IMG/VR virus record: IMGVR_UViG_3300015214_000024
Location: 9,787-73,786 of that record
Source: a virus
Taxonomy: Duplodnaviria > Heunggongvirae > Uroviricota > Caudoviricetes
Direction: 5' to 3' (one strand)
DNA: 64,000 nt
Shown one piece after another: positions 8,017-17,021 of this stretch. The notes beneath the pieces are model-generated. The model was given only the letters and a program-made list of their open reading frames with translations. It had not been told where the DNA came from and ran no database searches. Position 1 is the stretch's first letter. Each line of letters opens with the position of its first letter. The position numbers and the translations under genes were made by a program.

Positions 8017-8314
8017 GGACTTATCAGCTGGTGATCGGCAGGGTATTATTGATGCCCTGAACAAAGCTATTATGAACCTCTATGAACAAGCGAAGGATTG
8101 TGTAAATGATCCCGAGTTTGCTGACTTGGAGGATATGTATAAGGGCGATGCCTCTGATCACGAAGGAATTCTCGAGCGGTTTATCGCCGGGGATTACAAG
8201 TCAGCAGCCCGTCAATTCCAATATATGGACACTGCATCAAGGGACAATGTGTTCGCGTTCTTCCAAAGCAAACAACACGAGCGGGCATTCATTTACTTTC
8301 TGGAGAACAGTTAA
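8006..8314 (+). CDS. hypothetical protein (102 aa)
   Basis: overlapping start. Confidence 0.5.
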   Translation: MVSEDLSAGDRQGIIDALNKAIMNLYEQAKDCVNDPEFADLEDMYKGDASDHEGILERFIAGDYKSAARQFQYMDTASRDNVFAFFQSKQHERAFIYFLENS

Positions 8315-8592
8315 TGTTCAAATGGGTTGAGGGTCGACAGAACAGTGGCTATTTCAAAATGCTTCTGTTTCGATCCAAACTGCTCAAAATGGATATGTAC
8401 CTTCTCAAATTTGAAGAAGGGGTCGTAGTGCCTTGGCATAAGGACCCTGCCAAAACTGGTCAACATTTTCGTTTCAATTTATATCTCACTCGTCCTGGTG
8501 GTGGCGAGCTTCTAATAGAAAAAAATAAGAAGGCTATTTTTCCAATCGACTTTGTCACCTGTTTCGTGCAGATGATATTCAACACGCAATGA
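8314..8592 (+). CDS. hypothetical protein (92 aa)
   Basis: TAATG coupling. Confidence 0.5.
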   Translation: MFKWVEGRQNSGYFKMLLFRSKLLKMDMYLLKFEEGVVVPWHKDPAKTGQHFRFNLYLTRPGGGELLIEKNKKAIFPIDFVTCFVQMIFNTQ

Positions 8593-8644
8593 CGCAGGTA
8601 GAAGGTGGAACCCTCTATATGCTCTCTATCGGGAAGGTTATATA

Positions 8645-9004
8645 ATGTTTGGCATCATGTTTTTGATCGGTCTTTTTCTGTGTCTAGTTCTATTTGTGTG
8701 CTATACATTTTATGACGGATCAGTATGGCAAGCATCGCGCAACCCGGACAAATATACAGTCATCGACGTCCGAACTGCCAAGACTCCAGTCAAGCATGGA
8801 GTTGCCGTTGTGCAATATGATGCTTGGGGTGACCCATATGTCGACTTTGGTATTTCTGGCAGTTACCCACTCACTGGTACTTTGAAGGTGCTAGAGAACG
8901 GTAAGATCCAGGAGCTGTACCACAACACTGAATGGCGTTTGCGTTCTGGTCCAGAGATCATTTGGCCGAACAATTCTGGCCGCAAAGCATTTGATGGATT
9001 TTAA
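8645..9004 (+). CDS. hypothetical membrane-anchored protein (119 aa)
   Basis: N-terminal TM helix. Confidence 0.55.
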   Translation: MFGIMFLIGLFLCLVLFVCYTFYDGSVWQASRNPDKYTVIDVRTAKTPVKHGVAVVQYDAWGDPYVDFGISGSYPLTGTLKVLENGKIQELYHNTEWRLRSGPEIIWPNNSGRKAFDGF

Positions 9005-9066
9005 TTTTTTCTATTGACTGCTTTCTAAATTTTGCTATTGTCCTGACATAGCAAACGGAGATTCCA

Positions 9067-9783
9067 ATGACTGACCTCAACGCAACCTGGAACGAAGCAC
9101 AGCGTGGTCCACGTATGTCAGAAGCAACTGGCAAGGTAATGTTCAAGTATCAGATGCCCGTTAAGGAACAGTTCACTATGGAACTCCCTACCGGCGCACA
9201 GATTATCCGTATGCAGGATATGGATGGCTTCTTCTGGCTGTGGGCAGTCGTCGATACTGACGCGCCGACCGAGAAGCGTTTCTTTCGTGCGTTCAAGACC
9301 GGCGCCAAGATTCCCGACGATTTCGACACCAGTCACTACGTTGGCTTCTGTGCCGTGTTCGTGCAGATGGAACTGGGCCTCTACATTTTCGAAGATCGTG
9401 CAGCGTATGACCAGCTGAATCGAATCAAGGACCGTTTCCAGGTCGAGGATGCTCCTATCACAAAGAGTGCCACGCTTCGTGAGATCGCACAGAATGCTGG
9501 TAAGAAGGTGATTGACATCAAGCTGTCCAGTCAAAGTGCTGAAGACTTTGCTGGCATTCCCTCTTTTCACGTCAACGAAGAAAACGCCCGCAAGTGGTTC
9601 AAAGAAGCAACCGCTTGGATGTATGAGGATCCGAAGAAGCAACTGAAGCTTGACATTGACGAAGTGCTGTCAGAATTCGAAGATGTACTACGGCCGATCA
9701 TTTTTCCCACTGTTAAAAAGCTGACCCAAAAGCTCATCGACGAAATCGAAGCGGCTGGCGGTTTCGAGGAGGACGAGGAATGA
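9067..9783 (+). CDS. hypothetical protein (238 aa)
   Basis: GGAG RBS; promoter TTGACT-N16-TATTGT upstream. Confidence 0.65.
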   Translation: MTDLNATWNEAQRGPRMSEATGKVMFKYQMPVKEQFTMELPTGAQIIRMQDMDGFFWLWAVVDTDAPTEKRFFRAFKTGAKIPDDFDTSHYVGFCAVFVQMELGLYIFEDRAAYDQLNRIKDRFQVEDAPITKSATLREIAQNAGKKVIDIKLSSQSAEDFAGIPSFHVNEENARKWFKEATAWMYEDPKKQLKLDIDEVLSEFEDVLRPIIFPTVKKLTQKLIDEIEAAGGFEEDEE

Positions 9784-9980
9784 AAGTACATCTCCATTCG
9801 GAACAATTTGACGGCTACTTACACGCCGCCTGTTACCGAGCACCATTTGATCCTCCGGCTCCTGATCCCAGAATTGTCGGCGAAGATGATTTTGAGAAAC
9901 TGCCAAGAGCGGCCAGGTGTCATTACTGCACTCGAATCAATTGGCCGCGTGGTGGAGATCCTATCAACGGTGAAATTTAA
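9780..9980 (+). CDS. hypothetical protein (66 aa)
   Basis: ATGA coupling. Confidence 0.45.
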   Translation: MKVHLHSEQFDGYLHAACYRAPFDPPAPDPRIVGEDDFEKLPRAARCHYCTRINWPRGGDPINGEI

Positions 9981-9983
9981 TTA

Positions 9984-10029
9984 TTGACTCTTATGCCATT
10001 TCCTGTAAAAGGGACTGGTAACAAGGAGG
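9984..10029 (+). promoter_or_regulatory. promoter/leader cassette copy C (TTGACT-N16-TGtAAAAG + GGACTGGTAACAAGGAGG)
   Basis: same architecture as A/B. Confidence 0.45.
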
Positions 10030-10031
10030 CA

Positions 10032-10688
10032 ATGATGCGTTACGGAAATCTTCCCACTGATCTCGGCCTAGTGGATATCTCTCCCAAGGAGATGATGTTC
10101 CATATGTATATGCCAATCAGTCTTCCAGGATCGGATCAAGTATATCTTCCTGAGCACCTCGAAGTGTTCAAGCCCCTCGTTGTCAAGGCGTGGGAAGATG
10201 AGCGCGAACGTTTCCGCGAAGAATATGTTTACCTGACTGCCAAGACCCTTTGGGTCAGCGGCCAGTATATTGGTAATCGGCCCGGATGGCACTCAGATGG
10301 ATTCGGCACAAACGACCTCAATTATATTTGGGCCGATCGAGCGCCGACTGATTTCCTCCACAGCCGCGAGGGTTTTGAATTTGAAGGTCACAATTGTGAC
10401 CACTTCTACACCTTGTGCGATATTATGGAAGAAGATACGTGGCGGCGGGACTGTGGTCGATCCTGGAGTATCAAGCAGTTTGCTGACAAGCATTTGCTCA
10501 AGTTGGATCCGAGCGTGATCCATCGTAGCCCAGTCGACTTTGAAGATGGAATGCGTTCCTTCGCCAAGGTCAGTATCTCTCCTGACCAGTATAATCTGGA
10601 GGGTAATGCCAGCAATTACCTTTTGGATCTTGACTGGAAGATGAAACCGCGTAATGTAGATCGCAATCATCCCAACAAAAGAGACTGA
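10032..10688 (+). CDS. hypothetical protein with HxD...H motif (possible cupin/2OG-oxygenase-like)
   Basis: GWHSDG and downstream His; assignment tentative. Confidence 0.55.
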   Translation: MMRYGNLPTDLGLVDISPKEMMFHMYMPISLPGSDQVYLPEHLEVFKPLVVKAWEDERERFREEYVYLTAKTLWVSGQYIGNRPGWHSDGFGTNDLNYIWADRAPTDFLHSREGFEFEGHNCDHFYTLCDIMEEDTWRRDCGRSWSIKQFADKHLLKLDPSVIHRSPVDFEDGMRSFAKVSISPDQYNLEGNASNYLLDLDWKMKPRNVDRNHPNKRD

Positions 10689-10689
10689 T

Positions 10690-10881
10690 ATGATTTTCAA
10701 AATCACTCCCAAAACTGCGCACGAGCGAAATCGTGTGCGTGAACACGGAAATCTTTGGGAGACCTACTCTGGCAATTGTGTCACCAAAGGTGATTCAAAA
10801 CTCCTAACGTCTACCCAGACTGGATACAGCCGTTGGTGGATGAACGATCAGATAGAAAAAGTAGTTGACAACGAGGGTTGA
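10690..10881 (+). CDS. hypothetical protein (63 aa)
   Basis: overlapping start. Confidence 0.45.
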   Translation: MIFKITPKTAHERNRVREHGNLWETYSGNCVTKGDSKLLTSTQTGYSRWWMNDQIEKVVDNEG

Positions 10882-11065
10882 TTTAGCTACATTGACCTTA
10901 CCAGCGGCGGGGACGCTCAATCAACCCGGTCCTAAGCATCTGCGGACTAAAGAGGATGGCCTTACGGTGTTGGGTGTCAACACTGCCCGGGACACTGGAG
11001 GAAAGTGTGTCGCTTGTTTTGGGATCAAGATTCAAAAACCGAGGGCGAGAGTCCTGGACGAGGCA

Positions 11066-11102
11066 AAAGTCCAAGGGGAGGCAACGTGGTAAACTGCCTC
11101 CC
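11066..11102 (+). terminator. rho-independent terminator GGGGAGGCA...TGCCTCCCC + ATTTTCTT
   Basis: 9-bp GC stem plus T-rich tail. Confidence 0.7.
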
Positions 11103-11148
11103 CATTTTCTTGACTTGACTCCTTGTTGGTTTGTGCTATCAATCAAAT

Positions 11149-11478
11149 ATGAAATATCAATTCATCCTCGTCGAAATGAATGTCCCTCTGGATGACGTGA
11201 TTGGGTTCATACGTGACGATGAACGCAATTATAATCGAGTAGAAGAACCCCTCCAAATCGAAGCCGTGAAGGCTTGGCCTGGGTGTCTGGAATATATGGC
11301 AAAACCATCAAAAGCAGTCCAGGAAGCAGCCATTAGGCACAACCCAATCAACATTGGGCGCATCCGAAAACCGACCAAAGAGATTCAATTACTGGCAGTG
11401 CAGCTAGATCCTAGGGCGATCGAAATGATTGAAAAGCCTTGTGACGAAGCTAAGTCATTGGCAACACTTTTAGCTTGA
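11149..11478 (+). CDS. DUF4116-like repeat protein (109 aa)
   Basis: repeats of P..E.Q..AV...P.ai.yi pattern as in the 27.8-31.1 kb array. Confidence 0.5.
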   Translation: MKYQFILVEMNVPLDDVIGFIRDDERNYNRVEEPLQIEAVKAWPGCLEYMAKPSKAVQEAAIRHNPINIGRIRKPTKEIQLLAVQLDPRAIEMIEKPCDEAKSLATLLA

Positions 11479-11529
11479 CGGGAAATTTGTTTTTGCTATA
11501 AGCCTTGTACCAACTAGAGGAGAATGGTA

Positions 11530-11724
11530 ATGCGTACCCCCGATCAGGTCATTGCAGATCTCAAGAAGGCCGAAAAGACTGTCGAAGATGCTATCGCTGC
11601 TCGAGATCGTCTTAAGCAGGAACTGCTTGATATGGCAAAGCTCGTCAATGATGAAGTTGCGGCTATGAAGCCCAAGCCGGTTCTGGTTGCCCGGAATCAA
11701 GGCCGCACGAAGGCAGCGGCTTGA
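11530..11724 (+). CDS. hypothetical coiled-coil protein (64 aa)
   Basis: GAGGAG RBS. Confidence 0.45.
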   Translation: MRTPDQVIADLKKAEKTVEDAIAARDRLKQELLDMAKLVNDEVAAMKPKPVLVARNQGRTKAAA

Positions 11725-11748
11725 CAAATATCAAATCCGTGTTACAAT
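11721..11748 (+). promoter_or_regulatory. sigma70-like promoter TTGACA-N16-TACAAT
   Basis: near-consensus; ATG of next ORF at about +1 (leaderless). Confidence 0.5.
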
Positions 11749-11754
11749 GGTAAT

Positions 11755-12003
11755 ATGGATTTAAGTGATTTTTATGAAGAGTGCGGGAAATTGTTAGGGG
11801 TTGGCCATCAAGGCCAACCCTTTCCTTATTATAAAAGAACTCGATGGAATAACCGCACGCCTGGTCAGGGTCGATATCCTGGTCGTGGTATAATTCGAGT
11901 TTATGGTGATGTTGTCCACATTGCCCTGCAGAATCCTTCCCTATATAAAATATGCTCTCAACAAGAATGTTTGGACATATTGAGAGCTCTTGACTTGGCT
12001 TAA
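11755..12003 (+). CDS. hypothetical protein (82 aa), possibly leaderless
   Basis: ATG 7 nt after -10. Confidence 0.4.
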   Translation: MDLSDFYEECGKLLGVGHQGQPFPYYKRTRWNNRTPGQGRYPGRGIIRVYGDVVHIALQNPSLYKICSQQECLDILRALDLA

Positions 12004-12042
12004 TTTCTCCATTATGCGATGTGAATCGTAACGGAGATTCGT

Positions 12043-12213
12043 ATGAGCAAAATTTCAAGATCACTAATTATCGGTGCTTGTATGATTGCACCTGGTGGTC
12101 TTATTGCTCTAACTGCATTGGCGGTCGTCGATAAAGAGACAAGAAAGAAACTCATCGATATGAAAGACCAAGCCATCAACTATTTGAAGGAACGTGGAAA
12201 TGACAAAGATTAA
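12043..12213 (+). CDS. small membrane protein (56 aa)
   Basis: GGAG RBS; single TM; below track cutoff. Confidence 0.45.
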   Translation: MSKISRSLIIGACMIAPGGLIALTALAVVDKETRKKLIDMKDQAINYLKERGNDKD

Positions 12214-12964
12214 AGCGGCTGTTGCCATTGCCCTCTTGTGTGTTTCCACTTCTGCTATTGCCAAGAGCAGGGAGTTTTCCGATATGGAACGACTTGCCAG
12301 ACGTGGTGATATGGATGCTGAATATCGAATTGGTCTTGCATATAGGACTGGGACTGATGATGTCAGGGTGAATCCTGAAAGAGCATTGGATTGGATCCGT
12401 AGAGCAGCCCAACAGGGCCATCCAGGTGCTATTGCATTGTACGGGCTAATGCTCTATGAAGGCGATATGAAGGAACAGTCAGAGTACTGGCTTAAGATGG
12501 CTGCAACCAACGGAGATGCTCGCTCTCAGTATGTGCTCGGGCTCGAATACTGGAATGGCGGCATTGTGGAAAAAGACCCGCAAGCTGCTGTCTATTTTTT
12601 GAAACGAGCAAGTGACCAAGGGCTTGAACCAGCGCAAAAGGCTTATAACGAAGTGATGGAGGTCCTTCACCCAACGCCTGTTATCGAAACCCAAGTGGTG
12701 GAACTTGACGACACGTTGGCTGGGCAAACAACTGGCAATTATTATATCCAGCTAGGCGCTTTTAGCATCAAATCAAATGCCACAACATATTGGGATCAAA
12801 TTAAAGCCCAAATTGCTTTTGGCGATCACGAAATGAGAATTGATGACCAACGGCTTCACTTCTTGAGGGTTTACGGCTATCAAGCAGCTCAAGCCCGGAA
12901 CATTTGCAATCAGATCAAATCGCTTGGCAAAGATTGTTTAGTTAACCGCAATAAAAGCAATTGA
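12200..12964 (+). CDS. secreted Sel1-repeat protein with C-terminal SPOR (peptidoglycan-binding) domain
   Basis: signal peptide; Sel1-like repeats (AEYRIGLAY...GHPGA); SPOR-like YYIQLGAF... Confidence 0.65.
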   Translation: MTKIKAAVAIALLCVSTSAIAKSREFSDMERLARRGDMDAEYRIGLAYRTGTDDVRVNPERALDWIRRAAQQGHPGAIALYGLMLYEGDMKEQSEYWLKMAATNGDARSQYVLGLEYWNGGIVEKDPQAAVYFLKRASDQGLEPAQKAYNEVMEVLHPTPVIETQVVELDDTLAGQTTGNYYIQLGAFSIKSNATTYWDQIKAQIAFGDHEMRIDDQRLHFLRVYGYQAAQARNICNQIKSLGKDCLVNRNKSN

Positions 12965-13031
12965 CATTATTAGACACTAATGTAGGTTGGAACTGTAACG
13001 CAGTGTTACACTCTTAGCAAGGAGAAGTTGA

Positions 13032-13244
13032 ATGGAAATTGGTTCGAAGATTGATTACAAGACCCCTGGCAGTGGCCGCGGCCGTCCCTCGAGCGGCACC
13101 ATTACTGGCAAGGGCGATATGCTTACCATCGTTACCCGTCTCGGCGCCACCCTCGAAATCGACCCCAACTGGGTCATCGGAGCACACAAGGGCTCCTATG
13201 CTCGCAAGACGATCGAATCGACGGAAGCTGCGACGGCTGCCTAA
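13032..13244 (+). CDS. hypothetical protein (70 aa)
   Basis: AAGGAG RBS. Confidence 0.5.
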   Translation: MEIGSKIDYKTPGSGRGRPSSGTITGKGDMLTIVTRLGATLEIDPNWVIGAHKGSYARKTIESTEAATAA

Positions 13245-13400
13245 AAACAGCCTCAAATGACGAAGAGGGTCGGTAGAAATGCCGGCCTTTTTTGTGACTA
13301 CGTGATGGATTTGTTAACGTTAATTGATAGGGTTAATGAAAATATCCATTGACTAGACTCCTTATTTTCTTTAATGCTGGCATACAGGAGGAAATTAAGA

Positions 13401-13589
13401 ATGGATAAAGTGAAGGTTACGAACACCAACAATGGGCGGACTGTTGAGGCAGAAGTTCTCCAGCGCTCAGACAAGCGTCTCCGCGTTGTCCTTGTTGGGA
13501 CCAGCATTACCCTCACGATGACCCGAGAGGACACTCGTCGAGCATATGTGGGCAATTCCAACGGCCTCGAATTTACGAGTATGGGCTAA
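13401..13589 (+). CDS. hypothetical protein (62 aa)
   Basis: AGGAGG RBS; TTAACGTTAA palindrome upstream at 13320. Confidence 0.5.
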   Translation: MDKVKVTNTNNGRTVEAEVLQRSDKRLRVVLVGTSITLTMTREDTRRAYVGNSNGLEFTSMG

Positions 13590-13813
13590 TGGAGGAGCCC
13601 AGAACTGACTATAAACACGGAGTGAGCTTAACGCTCGTCGGACTTATGAACCGCTTCGAGCAGGGTGAAGTTACCAAAGAACAATACCTGACTGTCGTCG
13701 ACGCTCTCCAAGCAGTTTCAGTAGACGATCAGCAGAGGGATTTCTTCGACGCCATCAAGGCGCTCCTGGATAAGGTTGAAAAAGCAGTTGCTGGGGTTGA
13801 CACTGACGACTAA
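13589..13813 (+). CDS. hypothetical protein (74 aa)
   Basis: TAATG coupling. Confidence 0.5.
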   Translation: MEEPRTDYKHGVSLTLVGLMNRFEQGEVTKEQYLTVVDALQAVSVDDQQRDFFDAIKALLDKVEKAVAGVDTDD

Positions 13814-13830
13814 TATGTTAGGATGGGATT

Positions 13831-14133
13831 ATGAAAAAATTTGGGCTTATGTTGTTGGTTGTTTGGTCGTGCTATACGACCTTACTATCTATTAAGTTTG
13901 TGTTTTTCACGCACGTTCCAGCCTATAGTCATTCTGACATTGATGAAGAGATAGCAACACAAAACATAAAAAAATTCACAATGGCTACTAAACAAAATGA
14001 TAAATCTTGGGCGTGTGTTTTATCTCGAGATTTATCTGATTATTATATGAGTAAGGTAGATCAACATAATTATGATGTATGGGAAAATAACGAAAAGAAA
14101 TGGTGTGCTGACTTTAACGCATTATCCATCTAA
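13831..14133 (+). CDS. hypothetical membrane/secreted protein in AT-rich island
   Basis: low GC relative to flanks. Confidence 0.4.
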   Translation: MKKFGLMLLVVWSCYTTLLSIKFVFFTHVPAYSHSDIDEEIATQNIKKFTMATKQNDKSWACVLSRDLSDYYMSKVDQHNYDVWENNEKKWCADFNALSI

Positions 14134-14833
14134 ATCCTCCAGCTTTTAATGGATGGCCAGATTTTGTTTTCTTATTAATAGCATTTGAAATGGCGCCTTG
14201 TCCAATCCCTAAGGTTTGAGCTGCTTGTTTCATAGACTCCCATTCCTTTATAACTTCTCCAGATAAATCACACTGATAAACTCTCATACGCTGCGATTGG
14301 GCGTTCTTTCTACACAGTGCCCGAGTTTGTTCTAATTTGGATCCAGAAAGAGGTTGTGCCCAAGTTCCGTTTAAGAGCTTTGTCGCCTTGATTTTGTCTC
14401 TAACAGCTTGCCCCTTAACTGGATCATTATAAGTGGCCCTAACTGAGTCAGATCGTTTTTGAATTATTTTATCACATTCTGGATGATCGCCAATAGTATT
14501 TCCACCAGTTCCTCCTGATGTGATATTCATCAATGTTCCGTTTTTGTCAATACCCTTTCTACCATATTGAGATATCAATTCCATTTCAAAATTTAAGGCT
14601 TGCTCTTTGGATTCAAATTCAGTATAAGAGTATTCAACAGAACGTCCTTCTTTAAGGAGTTTTTTAATCTTGCGAGTTTTTCTTGGATTATAATCTTCCC
14701 CTAACCCATATCCAAGATCCTTGTCGCCCCTGGCGAATTTTTCGTGTGAATACATTCTATCACCAGTGCCGTATCCCACATAGAACGGCGTGCCTTGATC
14801 TGATAAAATATATGTATAATAAACTTTCGCCAT
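14114..14833 (-). CDS. GIY-YIG homing endonuclease with C-terminal DNA-binding region
   Basis: VYYTYIL...PFYVGYGTGDRMYSHE GIY-YIG motif; AT-rich; opposite strand to flanks. Confidence 0.75.
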   Translation of the reverse strand: MAKVYYTYILSDQGTPFYVGYGTGDRMYSHEKFARGDKDLGYGLGEDYNPRKTRKIKKLLKEGRSVEYSYTEFESKEQALNFEMELISQYGRKGIDKNGTLMNITSGGTGGNTIGDHPECDKIIQKRSDSVRATYNDPVKGQAVRDKIKATKLLNGTWAQPLSGSKLEQTRALCRKNAQSQRMRVYQCDLSGEVIKEWESMKQAAQTLGIGQGAISNAINKKTKSGHPLKAGGFRWIMR

Positions 14834-14867
14834 TGACTCAAGTTCCTTTCAATGTTATTGTGTATTT

Positions 14868-15548
14868 ATGACAGAAGTATCCCGCTACCCTCGAACACTA
14901 CACTGGCCAACTAGCCCTGGGGTGCAGTCCGATGACAAGATTCATCGAGACATTGATCGCCTGATCGGGATGCCGGTCACTATCACGGAAAAGATGGACG
15001 GCAGCAACGTAACTCTCTGCAATGGAGAAGTTTATGCTCGTTCCACAGCCGTATCTAGTCAACACGCTTGGCACGGTATGGTGCGAAAGCACCACGCTTG
15101 GAAGACTCAAGAGCTTGGTCCAGACTATAAAATCTGTGGCGAAGATATGTATGCCATCCATTCAATTGAATATGATGGCTTCCGAGAAGATGAGACTTTT
15201 CGAGTCTTTAATATCCTCTACAAAGATACTTGGCTGTCGTTTGCTGATCGAGCTGCTCTTTGCCAACAGCTTGGGCTTATGATGGCCCCTGTTTGGATTA
15301 CTGGGGCCGTGTTCCAGAATCAAAAAGACGTCGACAAATGGTTCGCAAATGTTATGAAGATGGGAAGCAAGCTCGGCCCTGTCAGCGAAGGATTTGTAAT
15401 TCAGATCGAAGACGCCTTTCATAAAGATGATTTTCGAAATTGTGTTGCGAAATACGTTAGGGCTGGCCACGTTCAAACAGATCAACACTGGTCAAGGAAC
15501 TGGAAGCCTTGTAGGCTACTTCGTCCGTCGACGGACTTCCATCCGTGA
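14868..15548 (+). CDS. ATP-dependent RNA ligase-like nucleotidyltransferase (PF09414-type)
   Basis: motif I TEKMDGSN, III GEDMYA, IV EGFVIQ, V KYVRAGH. Confidence 0.6.
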   Translation: MTEVSRYPRTLHWPTSPGVQSDDKIHRDIDRLIGMPVTITEKMDGSNVTLCNGEVYARSTAVSSQHAWHGMVRKHHAWKTQELGPDYKICGEDMYAIHSIEYDGFREDETFRVFNILYKDTWLSFADRAALCQQLGLMMAPVWITGAVFQNQKDVDKWFANVMKMGSKLGPVSEGFVIQIEDAFHKDDFRNCVAKYVRAGHVQTDQHWSRNWKPCRLLRPSTDFHP

Positions 15549-15580
15549 GCTTCCATCCGTGGAAGCTCTTCCACGGAGAC
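15539..15580 (+). promoter_or_regulatory. hairpin/repeat element TCCGTGGAAG-ctc-TTCCACGGA (member of CCACGGA family)
   Basis: perfect inverted repeat just upstream of RBS of 15599 gene. Confidence 0.35.
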
Positions 15581-15598
15581 ACTTGAAAGGAAATGTAG

Positions 15599-15967
15599 AT
15601 GGCATTTTGGGATCGTTCTAAAACCAATCGGCTGAAGAAGCCGAAAGGTGTGAAATTAGCATATATGACTGATCCAAATGTCATCAATAAAACTCGCACT
15701 ACTTTCTACGGCTGTCCTTGGCCAAATCTGGGCGATTATGTGTTTGTCGGTAATAGTCCAAGTGCTGGCACTGTAGGCCGCGTTCGCCGATATGAGACTG
15801 GGTATGAATGCCACGGCGGCCCCGCAATTGAGATTGAAATGCTCTCTGGAGAGATCAAGACTGAATGGGTTTCTTATTCCCTAGTGATTGATTATGCCGC
15901 CGTCCAGGAAGTCAAAGATTTCTACATTGCTGACGGTCGTCCGCAGCGAATTCAAGTGCCTTGGTGA
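15599..15967 (+). CDS. hypothetical protein (122 aa)
   Basis: RBS AAGGAAATG. Confidence 0.55.
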   Translation: MAFWDRSKTNRLKKPKGVKLAYMTDPNVINKTRTTFYGCPWPNLGDYVFVGNSPSAGTVGRVRRYETGYECHGGPAIEIEMLSGEIKTEWVSYSLVIDYAAVQEVKDFYIADGRPQRIQVPW

Positions 15968-16029
15968 TTTTTTCCTGTTGACTGTATAGTCCAAGTGCCG
16001 TATAAGAATACAAATTTTCGGAGGTTTAT

Positions 16030-16689
16030 ATGAGCGTTTTGGACAAGATCAAAGAAGCCAACAAGCAGGGCAAAGTGTATCGTGTAAGTGACCCTTCCGA
16101 ACTGGTTGAACAGCTTCCTGACGGTCGTTCAGTCATCGTTGTCCTTAGCCAGGGCAAGTATGAAGACTCGAATATGAAAACGAGTCGCTATATGGGCCCG
16201 TTCCGCAGCGAACCTGCCGTTTTACTCAAGCCCCTCAAGTATGTTGTCCGCGGCGGCCCAAAGGGTGGCATCACCTCCAAGGGCACGTATCAGGCTGGTG
16301 AAGCAGTGCGTATTATGGGTTGGCCTGGCTTTACGGACAAGACTTGCTGCGATCTCATTACTCTGCTGGGAGACCAAGACCTTCCTAAGGGTGAAGGCGC
16401 CCGCGAGGATCTGTATTCTCGAATCATTTCCTGCAAAGAAGGAACTTACGTTAACCTTCAGGAAGGCGTTGATTTTGAATATACTGGTGCGGCTCCGATC
16501 TCTGCTGCTAAGACGAAAGTCGATGCTATTGCGGTGCGAGATATTGATTACGTGGACGAGATGTTTTGCGATGGTACCATCTATGCAATGACTTCTGTTC
16601 ATCTTTGCACACAGTTCGGCGAAACTTTCCTGGAATACGAAGGAACTCGAATCCTCGACAATCCAGTTGAAGGCGAGGACTACATCTAA
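16030..16689 (+). CDS. hypothetical protein (219 aa)
   Basis: GGAGG RBS; promoter TTGACT-N17-TATAAG upstream. Confidence 0.65.
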   Translation: MSVLDKIKEANKQGKVYRVSDPSELVEQLPDGRSVIVVLSQGKYEDSNMKTSRYMGPFRSEPAVLLKPLKYVVRGGPKGGITSKGTYQAGEAVRIMGWPGFTDKTCCDLITLLGDQDLPKGEGAREDLYSRIISCKEGTYVNLQEGVDFEYTGAAPISAAKTKVDAIAVRDIDYVDEMFCDGTIYAMTSVHLCTQFGETFLEYEGTRILDNPVEGEDYI

Positions 16690-16809
16690 TGTCAGTCTGC
16701 CACGAAGGATACGATACCGTCTGTGGCAAATTCTGTACGTATCCGGAGTGTATGAGACTTCGCCATCTCTCCGATCCAGGCCCGTATGATAAATCCAACG
16801 AGGAAGAAG

Positions 16810-17016
16810 ATGAAAACGTATCAGGATATGTTCAACGGCCCAGTTGATTATGAAGTCGGAGAACTGATCAAACTTCTTCGAAAAAGTCATCTCGAATCTG
16901 GCGGAGATCCTGTTGACTTCCCGGCATTTCTTGCTAAACAAGGGATAACAGCCGTTGGCCCATTCATCAAAATCGATGATAACGCCAAGTCCATTATCGC
17001 TTTGTTGAAGGATTAA
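16810..17016 (+). CDS. small protein (68 aa), paralog of the next gene
   Basis: GAGGAAG RBS; shares RKS.LESGGD..DFP.FL..GI motif with 17022..17228. Confidence 0.5.
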   Translation: MKTYQDMFNGPVDYEVGELIKLLRKSHLESGGDPVDFPAFLAKQGITAVGPFIKIDDNAKSIIALLKD

Positions 17017-17021
17017 ATTTG

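Noticed and set aside
10865-11146. ORFs 10865..11092 (+) and 10898..11146 (-)
   Set aside because: TTG start, no RBS, and they run through a strong rho-independent terminator hairpin. The region is more likely a 3' UTR.
16222-16941. 239-aa minus-strand ORF
   Set aside because: Almost entirely antisense to the plus-strand gene 16030..16689, which has a GGAGG RBS and a promoter. The minus ORF has no RBS and interrupts a co-directional block. Likely a frame artefact.
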